Of a stretch of DNA of 64,000 bases, positions 1-12,638 are shown one piece after another. Origin of the DNA: Torpedo marmorata (lineage: Eukaryota). Location: NCBI GenBank assembly GCA_977017645.1, contig OZ360233.1, forward strand, positions 18,476,001 to 18,540,000. Direction: 5' to 3'. Position numbers and translations under genes: made by a program. Positions within the stretch are counted from its first letter, which is position 1, and each line of letters opens with the position of its first letter. Under the pieces are notes generated by a model, which saw only the letters and a program-made list of their open reading frames with translations, was not told where the DNA came from and searched no databases.

Positions 1-22
1 CTGGAGCCTGCTGCCACACACC

Positions 23-454
23 ATGCGTGGACCGGGTCCCTATATTGGCCGTGTTGCCTGCCGGATCTCTGTTACAGTGGCCAGAGTGGGTCCCGCGGGA
101 TACGTAGAAGCCCAGGCTGTTCACGAACTCATTTCAGGAACGTGTGGGAGACTTTCAGTGACCTTGGACCGAGGAAGGATAGACCGTAGTACTGAACTGT
201 AGTTACCCGATAGGTGGTGAACATACTTTTGGTGCATTCTGCATCGTCGGGTGGGGTTGCAGAGTATTCGTTGAAGGAATTCAGCACAGGAAACATGGGC
301 CAGCCACCAGAATGTCCGGAGAGGTTTACCGCTCTTCTATAGAAGACAGCAGGATGGCTCATCTAAATATTACCCCGCTGTTGCTGTCGCACTCCGTCGT
401 GTATCTTGGTGCCATGCAGCCCACACTGTTGCAGGGCGATGGAGAACAAAAGCC
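23..454 (+). pseudogene. TCR alpha/delta V pseudogene, family B (diverged copy B0)
   Basis: Degenerate leader from ATG 23; V-like remnants (LNCSY, ECPERF, RMAHLNI, VYLGAMQP with second Cys->Gly); frameshifts; heptamer CACACTG 422-428 and nonamer-like ACAAAAGCC 446-454 only 17 bp apart. Confidence 0.85.
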
Positions 455-1286
455 GATCATGTGTGCTACAAAGAGCGTGCACGAGAGTTGGCCATAGCAT
501 GAAATCCAAAGTGACAGCAAGTAAAATGCGTGGGTCACGTGGTCTCCATTAAAAGGGCGATAATCGGGAGCAAATATTCCCCAATTTTCAGGAATTGATC
601 CTAAATTCGACTCATACCCCCAATCACAGATAGAGCCATCATATTGGATTTATACCATGAGGACGCCAGAGGGCGCGCTGAGGCGGGAAAGTGTCGGAAG
701 CGACGCTTAGAAAAAGAATTCACCGTAGCTTGAGGAATTTATATTGAATGCAAGTTAATACGATTAAGAACATCACACAGGATTTCGAGAAAACCTTAAT
801 GTCTCTCACCCCATTATCTACAACAGGACATGGCGCGCGAAAACATTGCAGGAAAACGTTTTTCACAACATTGTTGGAGCTCGCTGCATGGAGAACGACC
901 TGGCGATACATCGAATTTATCTCTCGAGAAAGCAAAAGATAAGGTGTTGAAACTATGATTCAGCTAGAGTGTCTTGCCATGTGTAGGGGATAGAACCACT
1001 AATGGTAAACTGTGAGGAAAAAGGGATTTTATTGGATGGTTAGTAAATAACTAGAACGATGTCACAGGATTCAAGGTGTGTCTCATCGAGCTCTTCCTCG
1101 CAATGATGATCCCGATAAATGCAACACGTGCAATGACATGGAAATGGCGCAGAACATATGACATGGAGTCGCATTTTGAGAGAAGAGGTAGAAAGGGCAA
1201 AGTGGAGAGAGACGTGTAGATGCAGAGAATTGCGAGTAAAGAGCGAGGGAAAGATATCGAAAACAGAAAAGCAGAAAGAGAGAGAG

Positions 1287-1339
<53 letters not shown>

Positions 1340-2165
1340 ATGCGGGGAGAAAAGAGAGATAACGAGAATTTGGTGAAAGGTGGCAGGATGAGGGAGAAAG
1401 AGAAGGGTTATGCGTACAAATGACAAGGTGAACGCGGCCAGGATACAGAGGAAGTGATTGTCAGAAGAATGTCAGAATTAGTGCGATATGGTCGCAAGTA
1501 CGCAGGTACGGAGAGACAGTAAGGGCGCAGCTGAGAGCGAGGACGTTAGAGAAACAGAGGGAAGTAAAGAAAGAGTAATGGAGGAAGAGAAAAGCTTAGT
1601 GCAAAAAGAAATGGAGAGGGATGCAGCAATAAAGCACATCCTGAAAGATTTGTCGATTGTCAGCAGGGGGCGTTCTCGCCCCGTAGGTCTTCTGTTCGTA
1701 CTTGCCCTGGACACCGATGCGACAGATCGATAGGTCTGAATCCATGAGAAAGTTGCACGAACGTTGACTCCACAAGTTCGGAGAGTCGTTCACTAGAGGT
1801 CGTATTCACCCCGCAGATCGTCGGAGGACACCTCAGCCTCCAGAGAGGTGAGAGGAGAGAGAGAGAGAGAGAGAGTGGGGGGGGGGGTAAGAGAAGAAGC
1901 AATATGGAGAGTAAATGACAGAGATAGGGAAGTGGAGTCATAGAGAAAACAACTGAACTGCACTTAAAAGAAGCAATGAGATCAATTGAAATGGAGCAAA
2001 TTCTGATTGGTGCCTTTATCAGCTCAGCTCTGTTTACCAGTCATTCCTGAAGGTGGGCCACGCCCCCTGGTTGACCACTGATATGACTTTACTCATTTAT
2101 ATCGGTGAAGAGGCGATAAGTTCGTCAAAGTAAACTTCCTTTTGATCGCCCCTGACGCTAGTACC

Positions 2166-2596
2166 ATGCGTCCCGTGTGTTGCTTCCTGATAATATTGAG
2201 CGCGCTGCCCGATGAGTATCTGTCTAATTGTTCAGCGAGTGTCTCACATGTTGAACACACTCGAGGATTGTTCATTCGTTGTGTCATTTGTTGCAGGAAC
2301 GAGTGGGAAAGATTCAGTGACCCAGGACCCTCCTGAAATAACGGCTGAGGAAGGGGAGACAATAATAATGAACTGTACGTACACGACAGACATTAGAAAT
2401 ATATTCTGGTACATGCAACATCACGGGGAATCTCCAAAATACGTGCTGATGTTATATAGTTCAGGACAGATGCAACGGTCTCCAGAAAGTCAGGAGAGGT
2501 TTACTGCTTCTTTGGGAAAAGGTAGAAAGATGGCTCATCTAAATATTGCCGGGATGCTCGTGTCGGACTCGCCGTGTATCTCTGCGCCATGGAGCC
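2166..2596 (+). pseudogene. TCR alpha/delta V pseudogene, family A (copy A1)
   Basis: Leader 2166-2211 (MRPVCCFLIILSALP); splice donor mutated GTGAGT->ATGAGT at 2212; V exon from 2297 (DSVTQDPPEITAEEGETIIMNCTY..WYMQH); 1-bp deletion near 2570 shifts the DSAVYLCAME motif out of frame. Confidence 0.92.
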
Positions 2597-2635
2597 CACA
2601 CTGTTGCAAGGAAGTGGCGAATGCGAACAAATACT
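2597..2635 (+). other. 23-bp-spacer recombination signal sequence of A1
   Basis: CACACTG + 23 nt + ACAAATACT. Confidence 0.9.
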
Positions 2636-3110
2636 CCGGCTGTGCGCTGTAAAGCGCACTCACTTGAGGGCGATCTGAGGAGCAAAAATGCACATGAATG
2701 CCGCGAGCGTCACGTGGTCTCCTTCAGAGGACGACACTCAGCGACAAAAGTCGCCCGAATTTTAGCAATCCGTCTCCATACCCATCGTACGCATAAGCAC
2801 AAAAAAAACAATTTACATAGGTTTAACGGGGCATCTCAATGTCCATTAAAGTTGCTGATGTACAACAAAACAGAACCGTTGACAATTTTCCCGGAAATCG
2901 TCTATAAACCACTGTTCGAGTTTCTCGTAATTTTTACAGTGGGTCTAAAGGGAAACCTGGCGATAGAGCAACATTTTCATTCCAAAATATCGTATAAGGT
3001 GTCACGTGCAAGGTTACTACACAGAATATAAATTAAGTTAGATTCTTCTGCATGGATGAAGGAATCGACTCGTTAAAGGAAAACAAGTAGTGAAGACATA
3101 AGGGCGATTT

Positions 3111-4480
3111 TATTTTCCAAGATTAATAGGAATATATCTAATCCGATACTCAAACATACATTGCGAATCTGGTTAAAATTTATGAAATTTTAATTTAAAA
3201 ACTTTGTGTTATCTAGTGCTATCTCTCATAACTATTTTTTTCGACCATCAATAATTGATCAATATTTCTCTATTTGGAAAACCAAAGGTATTGTTTCTTT
3301 TGCAGATTGATTTAAGGAAGGTTGTTTAATGTCTTTTGAACAGCTTTCAAGTAAATATGACCTACCAAATACTCATTTTTAAAGATATTTACAGATTAGA
3401 AATTTGTTAAATATCATATTACGGGATTTTCCATTTATATATCCACCATATTTAGTTGATAATATTTTCCAATTGAATCCTTCTCGGAAAGGTTTAATTG
3501 GAATTATATATGATAGATTATTAAAATTACGTCCAGTACTTCATGATAAGATTAAAAAGACTTGGGAACTGGAATTTGCAAGACCCTTATCTGAGCATCT
3601 GTGGGACAAGATTTTTAAATTGGTAAATACATCTTCTATATGTTCCCGACATTCATTAATCCAATTCAAAGTGGTGCATCGTGTTCACATGTCCAAAGAT
3701 AAATTGGCGAGTATTTTTTTTGTAATATTAACCCTATTTGTGACAGATGCAAATCTGAAATTGCTACATTGACACATATGTTTTGGTCTTGTTCATCCTC
3801 AGAAAACGATTGGAAAGAAAATTTTAATATCTTTTCAACTATACTCCAGGTGGGGCTACGACTCAATCCAATAACTGCTCTTTTCTGGGTTATTGACCTA
3901 GACATAGGGAGTTTTGCTGTACCTGTTCAAGAGGTGGTTGCCTTCTCTACACTGTTGGCTAGAAGAGCCATCCTCTTCAAATGGAAAGACTCTAGACCTC
4001 CAACAGTGTTTCAATGGTTTTCTCATATTATGTCTTGTTTAAGCTTAAAACAATTAGATATCATGTATTTGATTCATGGGTGAAATTTGAAGATACATGG
4101 CGACCTTTTATGTCTTATTTTCATATGATGTAAGTGTTTCTGATGTGATTAGATGTATTTACCCTTCCTTTGTTTTTGATTTACGGTAGGAACCAAAAAT
4201 TACAAAATATATATAACCTTCAGGTTGAGCTGCTCAGCTGTTTATTTGTTATTTTTTTTAAAATTAGAGTATGTTTGGTGGTTTTTAATATATATATGTA
4301 TAATACTTTTGATTTTTTGTTTTCATTGTCACCTATTGCAGTGGAGGGGGATCGAATTTATACTGTTTGAAATTTTATTTTAATATATATACATATGTGA
4401 TATTGTATTTTCAATTTCGTTCATTGTATTGTAATTCTTATAAATATCAATAAAAAAGATGGAAAAGGAAAGAAAAAAAA
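3111..4480 (+). mobile_element. L1-clade LINE, 5'-truncated 3' end (ORF2 C-terminus, 3'UTR, A-rich tail)
   Basis: Disrupted ORF2 C-terminal motifs (QFKVVHRVH, THMFWSC Cys-rich region); AATAAA near 4449 followed by A-rich tail. Confidence 0.85.
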
Positions 4481-5643
4481 TTCTCCAGAAAATCCATCAG
4501 GACCTGGTGACTTCTCAGAATGTAATGAACGTACAGCCTCGGCAATTTCCTCATACGAAATAGGTTGATCCATCTGCTTTTGATTAGCAGCAGAAAGTAC
4601 AGGAATATTCAATTGATCTCAAAACTATTCATTACAACATTATCCTTAGGAGAATCGGAACTATAAAGTTCATAATAAAATTCCTCAAAGGTATCATTTA
4701 TTTCTAAAGGATCAGTTGTCATATCACCATTAGCTTTGCGAATTTCTATAATTAGTCGTTGGCGACTAAAGCTTTTAATTGATTAGCCAATAGTTTACCT
4801 GTTTTATCTCCATGAATATAAAATTGACTTTTAACTTTTAAAAGTTGACTTTCAATTGAATACATTAGAAGAAGATCATATTTAGTTTTAATTTCGACAC
4901 GCCGTTTATGTAAAGCAGGGGCTGGAGCCAGAGCATACTTTTGATCTAATTGTTTCAGCTGGTTAGCTAAATCCGTTTTATATTTATTGGCGTTTTTCTT
5001 AATACTTGCAGTATAAGAAATAATTTGCCCCCGAATAAAAGCCTTGAATGCGTCCCAGACAATAAGACTGGAAATCTCTCCCTCAGTATTTTTTTTCAAA
5101 AAAGAAAGTAATTTGTTCCTCCAAGAACTTTAAACAATCTTTATCAGAAAGTAAGGTTGAATTAAATCGCCAATATCTGTTTATTTGGGGAAGACCAAGG
5201 AAGTTTAAAGATAAGAACACAGGAGCATGGTCGGAAAAGACTATATTTTTATGTTCAGAAGATCGAATTAGTGGGATCATTTGACTGTCAATAAAAAATA
5301 GTGGATCCGCGAATATGTCTGATGAACATGAGAGAAAAACGAACACTCCCTATCGTCTGGATGACAAAAAACGCCAGACATCAATAATGCCACATTTTAA
5401 TAAAATATATTGAATGAATAAAGCCGATCTGTTCAAAATGGCTGGTTTAGAAGACGAGCGGTCCAAAACCGGATCTAACCAGCAATTAAAGTCTCCTCCC
5501 ATCACTAATGAGTAAAGGCAAGGATGAAAAAAAAACGTTCAAAGAATCCAGGGTCATCCACATTCGGAGCATAAACATCAGCAAACACTATCAATTTATT
5601 ATATAATTTCCCTGTCACGATAACGAAAGGACCGTTTGCATCT
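4481..5643 (-). mobile_element. L1-clade LINE fragment (L1-a; endonuclease end to KSPGPDGF), continues at 20441-20500
   Basis: VYAPNVDD, FSDHAPV, WRFNSTLL, VWDAFKAFIRGQII, KSPGPDGF; reading frame resumes at 20441-20498 (IFIDHAISFVQHNVVSDK). Confidence 0.85.
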
Positions 5644-6760
5644 CCCTTTAAAATATTTTTATTGATTTTATAGAAAAAAACCCTTTATACATGGTTTCTA
5701 ATTGATTACATAATTCAATTCAATTCATAGTATATACATAACATATATAGATTGTAACACAGAATATAAACCATAATTATCAGGCAACGTACCTTCCTCA
5801 AAACCTTGGATTCTAATGTTAAACAGAAAATAACAAGATGGAATTAAGAATTCCATATAAATGGACTTTATATCTTCATCTTATTCTATAATGTGATCAT
5901 TATTCATTGTCTACTGTAGCCTGGTTTTCTCTGGAAATAAGAACAAATTTAAAAAAAAAAAGAAAAAAAAAGAAAAAAGAACCCCCCCTACTAATCCTAC
6001 CCCTCCCACTAAAAAAGGTTAACCTACATTTAATAAGTAGATATGAATCGAATCGCGACTCCCGGACATCAGACAGGGAATCCTCAGAGCATCCACAAAA
6101 CTAAATCTTCAAGTTATGATGGTAATCCATGAATGGGCCCCACATCTTGTCGAATTCAACCTTGACATCTTTAATGTTATATCTAATTTTCTCCAAACAA
6201 GACATAATATCATCCAACCATTGCATATGAGTAGGTGAAGAATTATCTTTCCATTTCATCAGAATTGCTCGTCTGGCTATGAACGAGGTAAAGGCTAGGA
6301 TTCATTTTTGGGTTGAAGTCAAGGGTGCATCCTCTTCTTGAGAGAAACCAAACAAAGCAATTAAGGGGCAAGGTTCTAATTTGATAAAGTTTGGAAAATT
6401 TGTTCCCAAAATTTTCTTAATTTGGGGCACTCCCAAAAGATATGAATCAGTGAAGCTTCAAAGATTTTACATTTATCACATAGTGGATCAATATCAGAAT
6501 AAAAACGAGATAATTTAACTTTAGACATGTGTATTCTATACACCACCTTAAATCGTAACAATGTCGTGCACACAATGAAGATTCATTAATCAAATTTAGA
6601 GTGGTGTCCCACTCCTCATCTGAAAATAATATATTCAAATCCCGTTCCCATTCATTCTTGATCCCAGTCACTGAGGCCATTCTTAGGTCCATCAAATTAT
6701 TGCAAATAATTGATATCAATCCACCATGGGAGAACTGAAAATCAAAAAGTAAATCAAGAA

Positions 6761-9462
6761 CATTTATTTCTATCACCCGTTATTAATTTTGATTCCCATT
6801 TATATATAAAATCTTCTGGTATTTTTTCTCCTTTCTTATCTAATTCTATTTTAATCCACGTTGACTTCTCTCCTTCTTGACAAAAAGATGCTATAAATTT
6901 CATTTGTGCTGCTTTATAATAATTCCTAAAATCTGGAAGTTGTAAACCTCCCAACTCATATCTGAATGTTAATTTTTCTAAAGAAACCCTCGACATCTTA
7001 CCCTTCCAAAGAGATTTCCTTATAAATTTATTTAATTCTTGTAAAAACGTTTGTGGTAATAGTGTCGGTAATGTTTGAAACAAATATTATAGCCCTCTGT
7101 TGAAACATTTGATTAATATGTGGAAAAAAAGCAAACATTGATGATGAAATGAGGGGATCTCTGTTATCAAGAATGTCTATCAAAGAATGAAAGATAAGTT
7201 TAATGTAGCAAACAATACAATCTTTGCTTACTATCAAATTAGAGCATTTTTAGTTGAAAGGTTGGGCCATAGTTTGATTTTACCAAGACAGACAGAATTG
7301 GAATTATTAGTTACCAATGGAGGTGTTAATAAATTTATTTCTCAAATGTATAGATTGTTACAGAGGAAAATACCTAAAGCAGGAATTCATAAATCATGAT
7401 TAAATTGGGAAACAGATTTGAACGTAACAATAGATGAAGAAAATTGGAAAGAATTATGTAAACAAAGTATGAGGAAAATTATTAATGTTAGATATAGATT
7501 GGTGCAATATAAGTTTTTCATCAATTATATTTAACACCTAAAAAATTAAAGAAATGTAATCCAACATTATCCGGCTTATGCTTTCGATGTAATAGAGAGG
7601 AAGGTTCTTTTGTACATTCTACATGGCTTTGTCCAAAGATATATGATTTTTGGTTGAAAGTTAAAAAGTTTTTAGATAAAGTATTACGACTTAAACTCCC
7701 AATGGATCCTATGATATTTTTGTTTGGAGATATTAAAAGAACCAGTGTTAAAATGAAATGAAATATGTATCAAACAGAATTTTTACGTATTGCTTTAGCT
7801 GTTTCCAAGAAATGTATTGCCATTACATGGAAATCGGATGTAGAATTATGGTTAGAAAGATGGCATGCAGAATTGCGTTCATGTATACCACTTGAAAAAA
7901 GTACTTATAATTTACGTAATAAATATCATTTCTTTTTGAAAATATGGAGCCTATATATAAAAACTGTCGGTTTAAGGATTTGAAGATCTCCGGATATTGT
8001 ATCTGAGTGGCGAACCTGTGTTCCACAATAAAATTAGTTTATAGTTGTTTTGTTTAGAGTGACATTCTCCTTACTTTATCTTTTTCTTCCTTCTTTCTTT
8101 CTTTCGGGAGGGTTAGGGAGGGGAGGGAGGGGGCTGAAAATGTATCACATGTGATCTGATAATTTTTCATTTTAAACTATGTACTGTGTGATTTAAAAAA
8201 ATTTAAATAAAATATTTAAAAAAAAGAATGTCTTTAATTCAAAATCGACTTATTCCTTTTACAATAGATAATCAACTATTACATGTATGTTCTCGCAAAA
8301 GAATTAAATATATAGAAGATTGTTATGAAGCCGATAAATTAATGTCATTTGAACAATTAAGATATAAATATGGAATACAAAATAATACACTTTTTATTAC
8401 TATCATTTAAAAGCATATTTAAGAGAAAAATTAGGCCCAACAATATTATTACCGAAACCTAGTGACATTGAAATTTTGATTCGAAATAGACGTATAAAAA
8501 GTTTTACTTCAGTTATGTATAATTTATTACATAAAGGAGCTTTAAAAATGGGATTCATAGATCTAGACAAAGATGGGAGATGGATTTGAATATAAATATG
8601 TATGAACGAAATTGGTCGGAGCTATGTCGAGATAGTATGACAAATACAATAAATGTTAGGTATAGATTGGTTCAATATAATTTCTTGCATAAATTATATA
8701 TTTCACCACAGAAACTGAAAATGTTAAAATCAGAGTTATCAGATCAATGTTTTAGATGTAATCAGGAAATAGGAACTTTTTTATATTCAACTTGGTCTTG
8801 CCCTAAAGTAAGATCTTTTAGGACAGATTTAAAAACCCTTTTCGAACAGATTATGAGAATTAAATTTCCACAAGATCCAATGTTGTTTTTATTAGGTAAT
8901 ATTGAGGCGAAAAGACACAAATTCAAATTAAATATTTATCAAATTTTTAAAATAATTGCGTTAGCAGTTGCAAAAAATGTATAGGAGTAACTTGGAAATC
9001 AGACTCCCATTTGGGTATGCAAAGGTGGAATACAGAAATGCGTAGTTGTATCCCACTTGAGAAGATTACTTACAATTTAAGAAATTATTATGATGTATTT
9101 TTGAAAATATGGCGCCCATATTTACAAACTGTAGGAATAAACTTATAGTTTTGTCTTTTCCCTTATCAAGTGCCTCATCAATTTCACCCTGAGGAATATA
9201 TGAAGAACAAAAAAGTAGCTAATTAAAAACCGTGATGTAGGTTGCGACATTTTACCATTCAGGTCACTTTATCTTTCTTCATACTTTTCTTTTATTTCTT
9301 TTCATTCTTCTTTTCGGGGATTTTGGTTTGGGGAGGGGGGAGGGGGGCTGGGGTTTAACCATCGTGTATCTGTAGTGTAATAATAATAAATTGACATCTT
9401 GCTATGTATTGTATGATTGTGCATGTATGGATACAATTTTTAAAATAAAATATACAAAAAAA
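6761..9462 (+). mobile_element. L1-clade LINE (L1-c) with 5' inversion (twin-priming structure)
   Basis: Minus-strand piece ~6761-7094 ends ..KWESKLITGDRNK; plus-strand piece from ~7094 continues PLLKHLINMWKK..; ORF2 C-terminus to ~9148; AATAAA and A tail ~9445-9462. Confidence 0.8.
7179..8223 (+). mobile_element. 5'-truncated L1 (L1-d) inserted in L1-c
   Basis: ORF2 C-terminus (..KKCIAITWKS..CIPLEK..), 3'UTR, poly(A); exact TSD aagaatgtct at 7169-7178 and 8224-8233. Confidence 0.9.
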
Positions 9463-12248
9463 ATCAGAAAGTATCGACTGAACAAAATGCCTAACTTGTC
9501 AGTATCCAAAAAGATGGCTGTCAGTAAGTTTAAATTTTGATGTCAATTTTTCGAAAGAAGCAGAATTAACTCGAATAAAAAGATCCTTGAAACTTTCTAT
9601 ACCTAATCTGTACCACTCCTTAAAACCTGTGTCTAACAAGGAAGGTTGAAAATGATGATTATGTATAATAGGGCCGGCAAGAGAAAAACTATGATATCCA
9701 AAACATTTCCTAAATTATGCCCATATTCTCAACCTATGCCTCGTTATCGGATTATCCGTAAATTTAGAAAAAGTAAAAGGGTAAAGAAGAACCTAAAATT
9801 GCCAACATGGATGAGTTTTTAGAAAAAATCAGTTCCATTTATTCCCAGGAAGGGCGATCGATTAAATTATCAAAATGTAATAATAATAACAAATTACGTA
9901 TATTGACTGCCCAATAATAAAATCTGAAATTTGGAAGTGATATTCCCCTATTCCTTTTAGTCTTTTGAAGATGAGCCTTATTTATACGAGGTTGTTTTCC
10001 TTGCCATATATACGAAGAAATAATCGAATGTAATGAATTAAAGAAGGATTTAGGAATAAAAATTGGTAAAGATTGAAAATGATACATAAATCTAGTTAAA
10101 TGTTTATTTTAATTGCATTATACGTCAAATCATGGTAATAAATAGGGGTGACCATCCTTATAATAATACTTCAGTCTGATTAATTAGTACCGAAAGTTTT
10201 TCTTTCAATAGGTTTTTATAACTTCTAATAATTTTAATTCCCAGATATCTAAATTGATCTTTAACTATAATTGGCATATCTTGAAAAGGACCCTTTTAGG
10301 GGTAATAATTCACTCTTATACAGATTTATTTTATAACCCGAAAACTAACTAAATTGGAAAAATAAGGTTAATATACTTGGTATAGAAGTCTCAGGATTTG
10401 AAATAAAGAGCAAAATATCGTCTGCATAAGAGAAACTTTATGTTAAACTCCATGCCTGATTATTCCAGTAACGTCTCTACTCTCACGAAGGGCAACTGCT
10501 AGGGATCCAAAATCTGGTCAAAAAGCAAAGGGTTTAAAGGGCAACCTTGTCTAGGTCCCCTATAAAGCCTAAAAGTTTCTATTGTTGTGAATTAGAACGA
10601 TTTCAAGCCGGAGGACATGAATATAATAGTTTAATCCACAAAAAAATTTGGAGCAAAATTAAATTTTCTTAAGGTCGAAAACAAATATTCCCATTCCACT
10701 CGATCGAACGCCTTCTCGGCATCTCATGAAAGAACACATTCAGTCGATGGAGTGGAAGGTAAATATAGAATATTCAATAGTCGATGTATATTATAGTAAG
10801 AGTAACTATTTTTAATAAAACCTGTCTGGTCTGTATCAATAATTAATAGTAAATATTCTCTAATCTATGAGCTAGAACTTTACATAAAATGTTCATGTCT
10901 ACGTTAAGTGATGAAATAGGTCTATAAGATGTACATTCAGTTGGTTCCTTCCCTTTTTACAAAATAATAGATATACTTGCTTCATTAAAAGAGGATGGAA
11001 GCTTCTCATCCTTAATAGAGTCCCCAATCACTGAACGTAGATGAGGTAAAAGCCATTTGGAGAAAGATTTGTAAAATTAGGCAGGATATCCATCTGGTCC
11101 TGGAGATTTACCAGATTGTTATGAGGAAATAGCTAAAAATATTTCCTCTTGAGAGATAGGTGCCTCCAGACTTGTACGTCTGTCCTGGGTAAGGATAGGT
11201 AAATTTAAGCGATCTACACAATCCGACATTGAAGTAATATCTTTATCAAATTCAGAAATATAAAGGTTAGAATAAAATTCTATAAAAGTCTCATTTATTT
11301 CAAAATAATCTGTACTCGTTTTACCATCTCTCGTCCGAATTTCTTGTTGATTTGCTTTTTAGCTGAAATTCCTTTTAATTGTCCAGCCAATAATTTACCA
11401 GATTTTTCCCCATGAATATAAAAATGACTCCTACACCTCAACAATTGCTGTTTAATAGGGTAAGTAGAGAGAAGGTCAAATTTATTTTTAAGTTCAACTC
11501 TTCTTTTATATAAATCTGGATTTTTATCTTGAGCAAATAATAAATCAATTTGTTTAATCTGATTAATTAATTCCAACCTTTCCTTTGTGGTCTTTATCTT
11601 AATATTGGCTGTATAAGAAATGATCTGCCCTCTCAAATAAGCCTTCATTGTGTCCCACACAATCAGATTAGATATCATTGGGGAAGAGTTGGTGGTAAAA
11701 AAAACTGTATTTTCCTCTCAATAAAATTTAAAAATTCTTTGTCCGCAAGTAAAGATGTATTAAATCTCCATTGCCTTTTTTAAAATGGAAAATCAGAAAA
11801 ATTCAAAGTCAGGATAACAGGAGCATGATCGGATATAACTATTCCTTAGTATTCACATGTTTTAGTCATGGAAATCAATTGGTTGTCAATTAAAAAGTAT
11901 TCAATTCAAGAGTAAGAACGATGCACATTTGAAAAAAAAGATTATTCTTTATTATTGGGATTTAAAAAAAGCCACACATATGAAACGCCAAGATTTAATA
12001 AAGAAGACTGAACTACAGCTGCGGATTTAGGGAGAATGGCTGGTGTTGAAGAAGAACGATCTAAAACCGTATTTAAAAAGCAATTAAAATCTCCTCCCAA
12101 AATCAATGAGTACTGATTTAAATCAGGTAGGGCTTATATTTTTTCCAAAAATGCCGGCTCATCAATATGTGGGGCGTAAACATTAGCCAATAATAGAAAC
12201 TCCTCCGCATCGGAAGAGGAATGAAAACATTGCCCCTTCCATCTAAAC

Positions 12249-12623
12249 CAATGGTTTTCAAACTGCCCCCCTAAACTCACATTCCACCTTAAGTAATCCC
12301 TATGCCATAAGTTCTCTGTGATTAGTAAGGGATTGCTTAAGGTGGTATGTGAGTGGATATAAAAAGGTTTGAAAACCACTGTTTTAATCATACCTAATTG
12401 ACTCGTTATGTGCACGGTTTCATAACTCCAAAGGAAATGGGCCAATGACAATTCTTCTCAAGCAAAATATTTCAGTAACAATTGGGTCTGGAATAGTGGT
12501 TCTCAACCTTTCCTTCCCACTCACATACCACATTAAGCAACCTCTTACCATTCACAGAGCAATTATGGTATAACGATTGCTTAAGGTGGAAAGTGAGTTT
12601 AGGGGGTAGTTTCAAAACCACTG
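12249..12623. mobile_element. Non-autonomous hAT (Charlie-like) DNA transposon / MITE
   Basis: Terminal inverted repeats CA(A/G)TGGTTTT.AAACT.CCCCC; exact 8-bp TSD atctaaac at 12241-12248 and 12624-12631; interrupts the L1-b endonuclease region. Confidence 0.88.
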
Positions 12624-12638
12624 ATCTAAACATTAGTC

